From Oikopleura dioica (lineage: Eukaryota > Animalia > Chordata), in the NCBI GenBank assembly GCA_907165135.1, contig OU015570.1, positions 1,426,001-1,490,000 of the forward strand: a DNA stretch of 64,000 nucleotides. The letters run 5' to 3'. Positions 61,770 through 64,000 of the stretch are shown here, piece by piece (the first letter of the stretch is position 1; the number at the start of each line of letters is the position of its first letter). The position numbers and the translations under genes were made by a program. A model generated the notes under the pieces. The model was not told the origin of the DNA. It did no database searches and saw nothing but the letters and a program-made list of their open reading frames with translations.

Positions 61770-64000
61770 CTAGTCGCTTTCCGTGGCTTCAGCGACATTC
61801 AGACGAGCGAATCGTTCTTCGATGTTTTGACGGTCTTGAGACCAGACGTTCGGGAAGAGATTCTCGACTTTGGCTTCCTCTCCGTGGTCTAGGTCAAGAT
61901 TCTCCGCTGCCTTGATTCCGTCGAGGATTATGTCCCTGATGTGGGTCGTGAACGGTGCGTCTGGGACTAGAATGTGGGTTTTGGCCGTCACATTCTCCCA
62001 GGTTGTTCGATTGGCTCTTATTTTGAGCTTGTATATTTTCGAGACTGCTCGGTTTTTAGCGTCGAAGCCGTTGCAGCATCTGACCATGGTTTCCGCCACC
62101 CTAGGGTGTGCCCAACACGGGGTAAATGCAGATTCGTAGTCCCAATCGCAGGCCATTTGGAAGATTTCCCAGAGTCCCGAGATTCTTGGGTTTTTGTCCC
62201 CTTGGAGTGTTCGATGAAGACTCTTCGTCGGGCCCTGGGTGACGAATTTAACGTAAGGTGCCGACCAGGTGACGAGAGCTTCTCTGAGTTTCTTGGCGTC
62301 TTTTTGTGAAGGGAGAATCAGCACCGTGTTTTTCTGGCATGTGAGTTCGCTGATAATTTTCGCCACTTCCATCCATTTGTCTCCAGATTTTTTGGAGATA
62401 GAATCCGCCAGTCTCGGGAGATGTTGATTCTTTCTGGCTGAGGTGTTTCCAACTACGAAAGCGTCGAATTTTCCTCCGCATCTTTCTAGCCCTGCGTGGT
62501 AGATGACTATTCCAGCTGCTCCCGGATTCTCGAATCGTGGCCTTTTTAAGACTCTTCCGAACTTCCGGAGACTTTCGCTGAGGTTCGCTGCTGTGTCGTT
62601 TTCTCCTTGAAAAAGGATTGCCGTGGATTTCCAAGCGTTTACGATAGAGTCGAATCCTTCGACTTCGCTGCTCTGGATTCTTTGGATGAGGTCTTCGTCA
62701 GCGTCCTTAAGCATAGTTGTTTTGAAAGATTCGGAGAGTTTGTAGAAGGTTTCTTGCCATTCCTCGCTGTTGATGGACATTTTTGTGCCCTGGGGGAGTC
62801 CTTTCTGTATGAAGCCGTTTGCGACTCGGCATTTCTCTGAGCAGTCTGGTTGGCGAGATTCTTTGAGTTCTTGGAATCCTTGATGTGTTTTACACCAAGT
62901 CGTGCTCGCCTCCGCTTCCCCACACATTGGCCATTCGCACGATCTTTCTCTTTTTTCTGGTTGTTCTCGAAGGAATCTGAGTCTCGTGACTCCCGTGACT
63001 TCTTCTCTTTTCTGCATCCAGGTGTCGATGAAGTTGTCCAGAGTCTTGTTTGGGCTGAATCTTTTGCCATTTGCCCAGTTCCAGCCAGTTGATAAGATTC
63101 CGAGATTATGCTCGAGTGAGCGCAAGTGAGAATGGGCTTTTGTGTCTCTTACAACCTTGGCGATGATTTCCAGGATGATCTTCTGAGTTCGAAAGGGGCG
63201 GTTGACTCCGACTAAGCAGGCTCCTGAGGCGTAGAAGTTTCTCGTTGGCTTCTGGAACGCCGAGATGCATTCTTTGACGTTTTGAGTGGTCCAAGGTTTG
63301 GAGGCTAGCTTCTCAAGCGCTTCTGATTCTAACGTCGTGAGCGCTGGGTGGGCTGCAAGGGAGAGGAGGGATTTCACTTTGATATGATCAGAGTCCTCGC
63401 CGTAGTTGAAAACCCATATTTGAGGTACGACTTTGTAAGGAATCCACAGGATCCAGTGGGAATCCCCTTTTCCAACTTCTTTGACTCTAACCGTGGTATT
63501 AATCGGGTACACCTTTTTCGCCGCTGACTCCAGCCACTTTTTGAGGGACCGGGAATCTTTGAGTTCGCTCCAGTCCACGTGCCATTGGGTGGGCATTTCC
63601 TTGCAGCTTCCGTCTTGGCCAATGACTGAGTCTTGGATGAGCTGTTTTTGCACCAAGTGAAGCAGCAGTGGTGAGAGAATCTTTGTTAAGGGAGTCGGAT
63701 TCGGAATGGGTGAGTCTTCCGGCGCATATTCGCCGATTATGTCGATGATCCATGCGTTCACATTCGCCGGTTTTTTGTTTGCCCATTGGGTGTCCTCGTT
63801 TGCTTTGAGTTCCAGCCAGGCATTTTTCTGATGGCAGATCTCATGCCAGTCGCTGTGGAGAGACTTCAGCATCTTGAGCGAGTCCAGTAGTTCTTCTGGC
63901 GTGATAAAAGCGTCTGACCTTGGCATTGCGTCGAAGATCGTTTCAAGACCTTTCTTTATGAGTCTTCGGAGCCAATTGTCGTCCGTGAAGCTTGGGCGTT
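61770..64000 (-). CDS. Large ORF (over 740 aa, open to the window edge) with a C-x4-C-x9-C-x2-H finger and a putative SGNH-hydrolase-like fold
   Basis: The frame is open upstream of the Met at 63926. Motifs CEWPMCGEAEASTTWCKTH; ILFQGENDT..FENPGAAG..FDAFVVGNT..VLILP..WAHP. Confidence 0.7.
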   Translation of the reverse strand, partial: RPSFTDDNWLRRLIKKGLETIFDAMPRSDAFITPEELLDSLKMLKSLHSDWHEICHQKNAWLELKANEDTQWANKKPANVNAWIIDIIGEYAPEDSPIPNPTPLTKILSPLLLHLVQKQLIQDSVIGQDGSCKEMPTQWHVDWSELKDSRSLKKWLESAAKKVYPINTTVRVKEVGKGDSHWILWIPYKVVPQIWVFNYGEDSDHIKVKSLLSLAAHPALTTLESEALEKLASKPWTTQNVKECISAFQKPTRNFYASGACLVGVNRPFRTQKIILEIIAKVVRDTKAHSHLRSLEHNLGILSTGWNWANGKRFSPNKTLDNFIDTWMQKREEVTGVTRLRFLREQPEKRERSCEWPMCGEAEASTTWCKTHQGFQELKESRQPDCSEKCRVANGFIQKGLPQGTKMSINSEEWQETFYKLSESFKTTMLKDADEDLIQRIQSSEVEGFDSIVNAWKSTAILFQGENDTAANLSESLRKFGRVLKRPRFENPGAAGIVIYHAGLERCGGKFDAFVVGNTSARKNQHLPRLADSISKKSGDKWMEVAKIISELTCQKNTVLILPSQKDAKKLREALVTWSAPYVKFVTQGPTKSLHRTLQGDKNPRISGLWEIFQMACDWDYESAFTPCWAHPRVAETMVRCCNGFDAKNRAVSKIYKLKIRANRTTWENVTAKTHILVPDAPFTTHIRDIILDGIKAAENLDLDHGEEAKVENLFPNVWSQDRQNIEERFARLNVAEATESD

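Larger units (their letters stand above)
51572..64000 (-). mobile_element. Tyrosine-recombinase retroelement B, over 12.4 kb, multi-gene, intron-rich; 5' end off-window
   Basis: Co-oriented accessory ORFs, ORF1, pol, ORF-X, YR and terminal 43-bp repeats; core genes are homologous to element A. Inclusion of the ORFs above 58.7 kb is inferred. Confidence 0.85.

Overview
Eukaryotic, transposon-saturated DNA with no convincing intact host gene. The GT-AG introns are mostly 38-54 nt and the element mix is Tor-like gypsy, YR retroelements and many MITEs. That fits a compact animal genome such as the larvacean tunicate Oikopleura (inference, not verified). Contents: two decayed Ty3/gypsy LTR retrotransposons (1.1-6.7 kb minus; 48.1-50.7 kb plus) plus a gag-like remnant (46.7-47.3 kb). 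There is also a 4.7-kb Kolobok-type DNA transposon with a decayed transposase and a second spliced gene. Non-autonomous elements with readable termini include Kolobok TTAA/GGG, piggyBac, hAT with an 8-bp TSD, Mutator/foldback with a 9-bp TSD and pogo-like TA/CAGT. A tRNA-like sequence lies at 23.1 kb. The main discovery candidate is a pair of related, large tyrosine-recombinase (YR) retroelements: element A (~31.5-39.6 kb, plus) and element B (51.6 kb to beyond 64 kb, minus). Their gene order is ORF1 - pol (N-extension/RT/RNase H/MT-like) - coiled-coil/RGG ORF - YR, with extra accessory ORFs. They carry multiple spliceosomal introns at non-shared positions. Each ends in a pair of exactly 43-bp direct repeats about 0.4 kb apart, as in split-direct-repeat elements. 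Coordinates and translations were derived by hand; no database searches were run.
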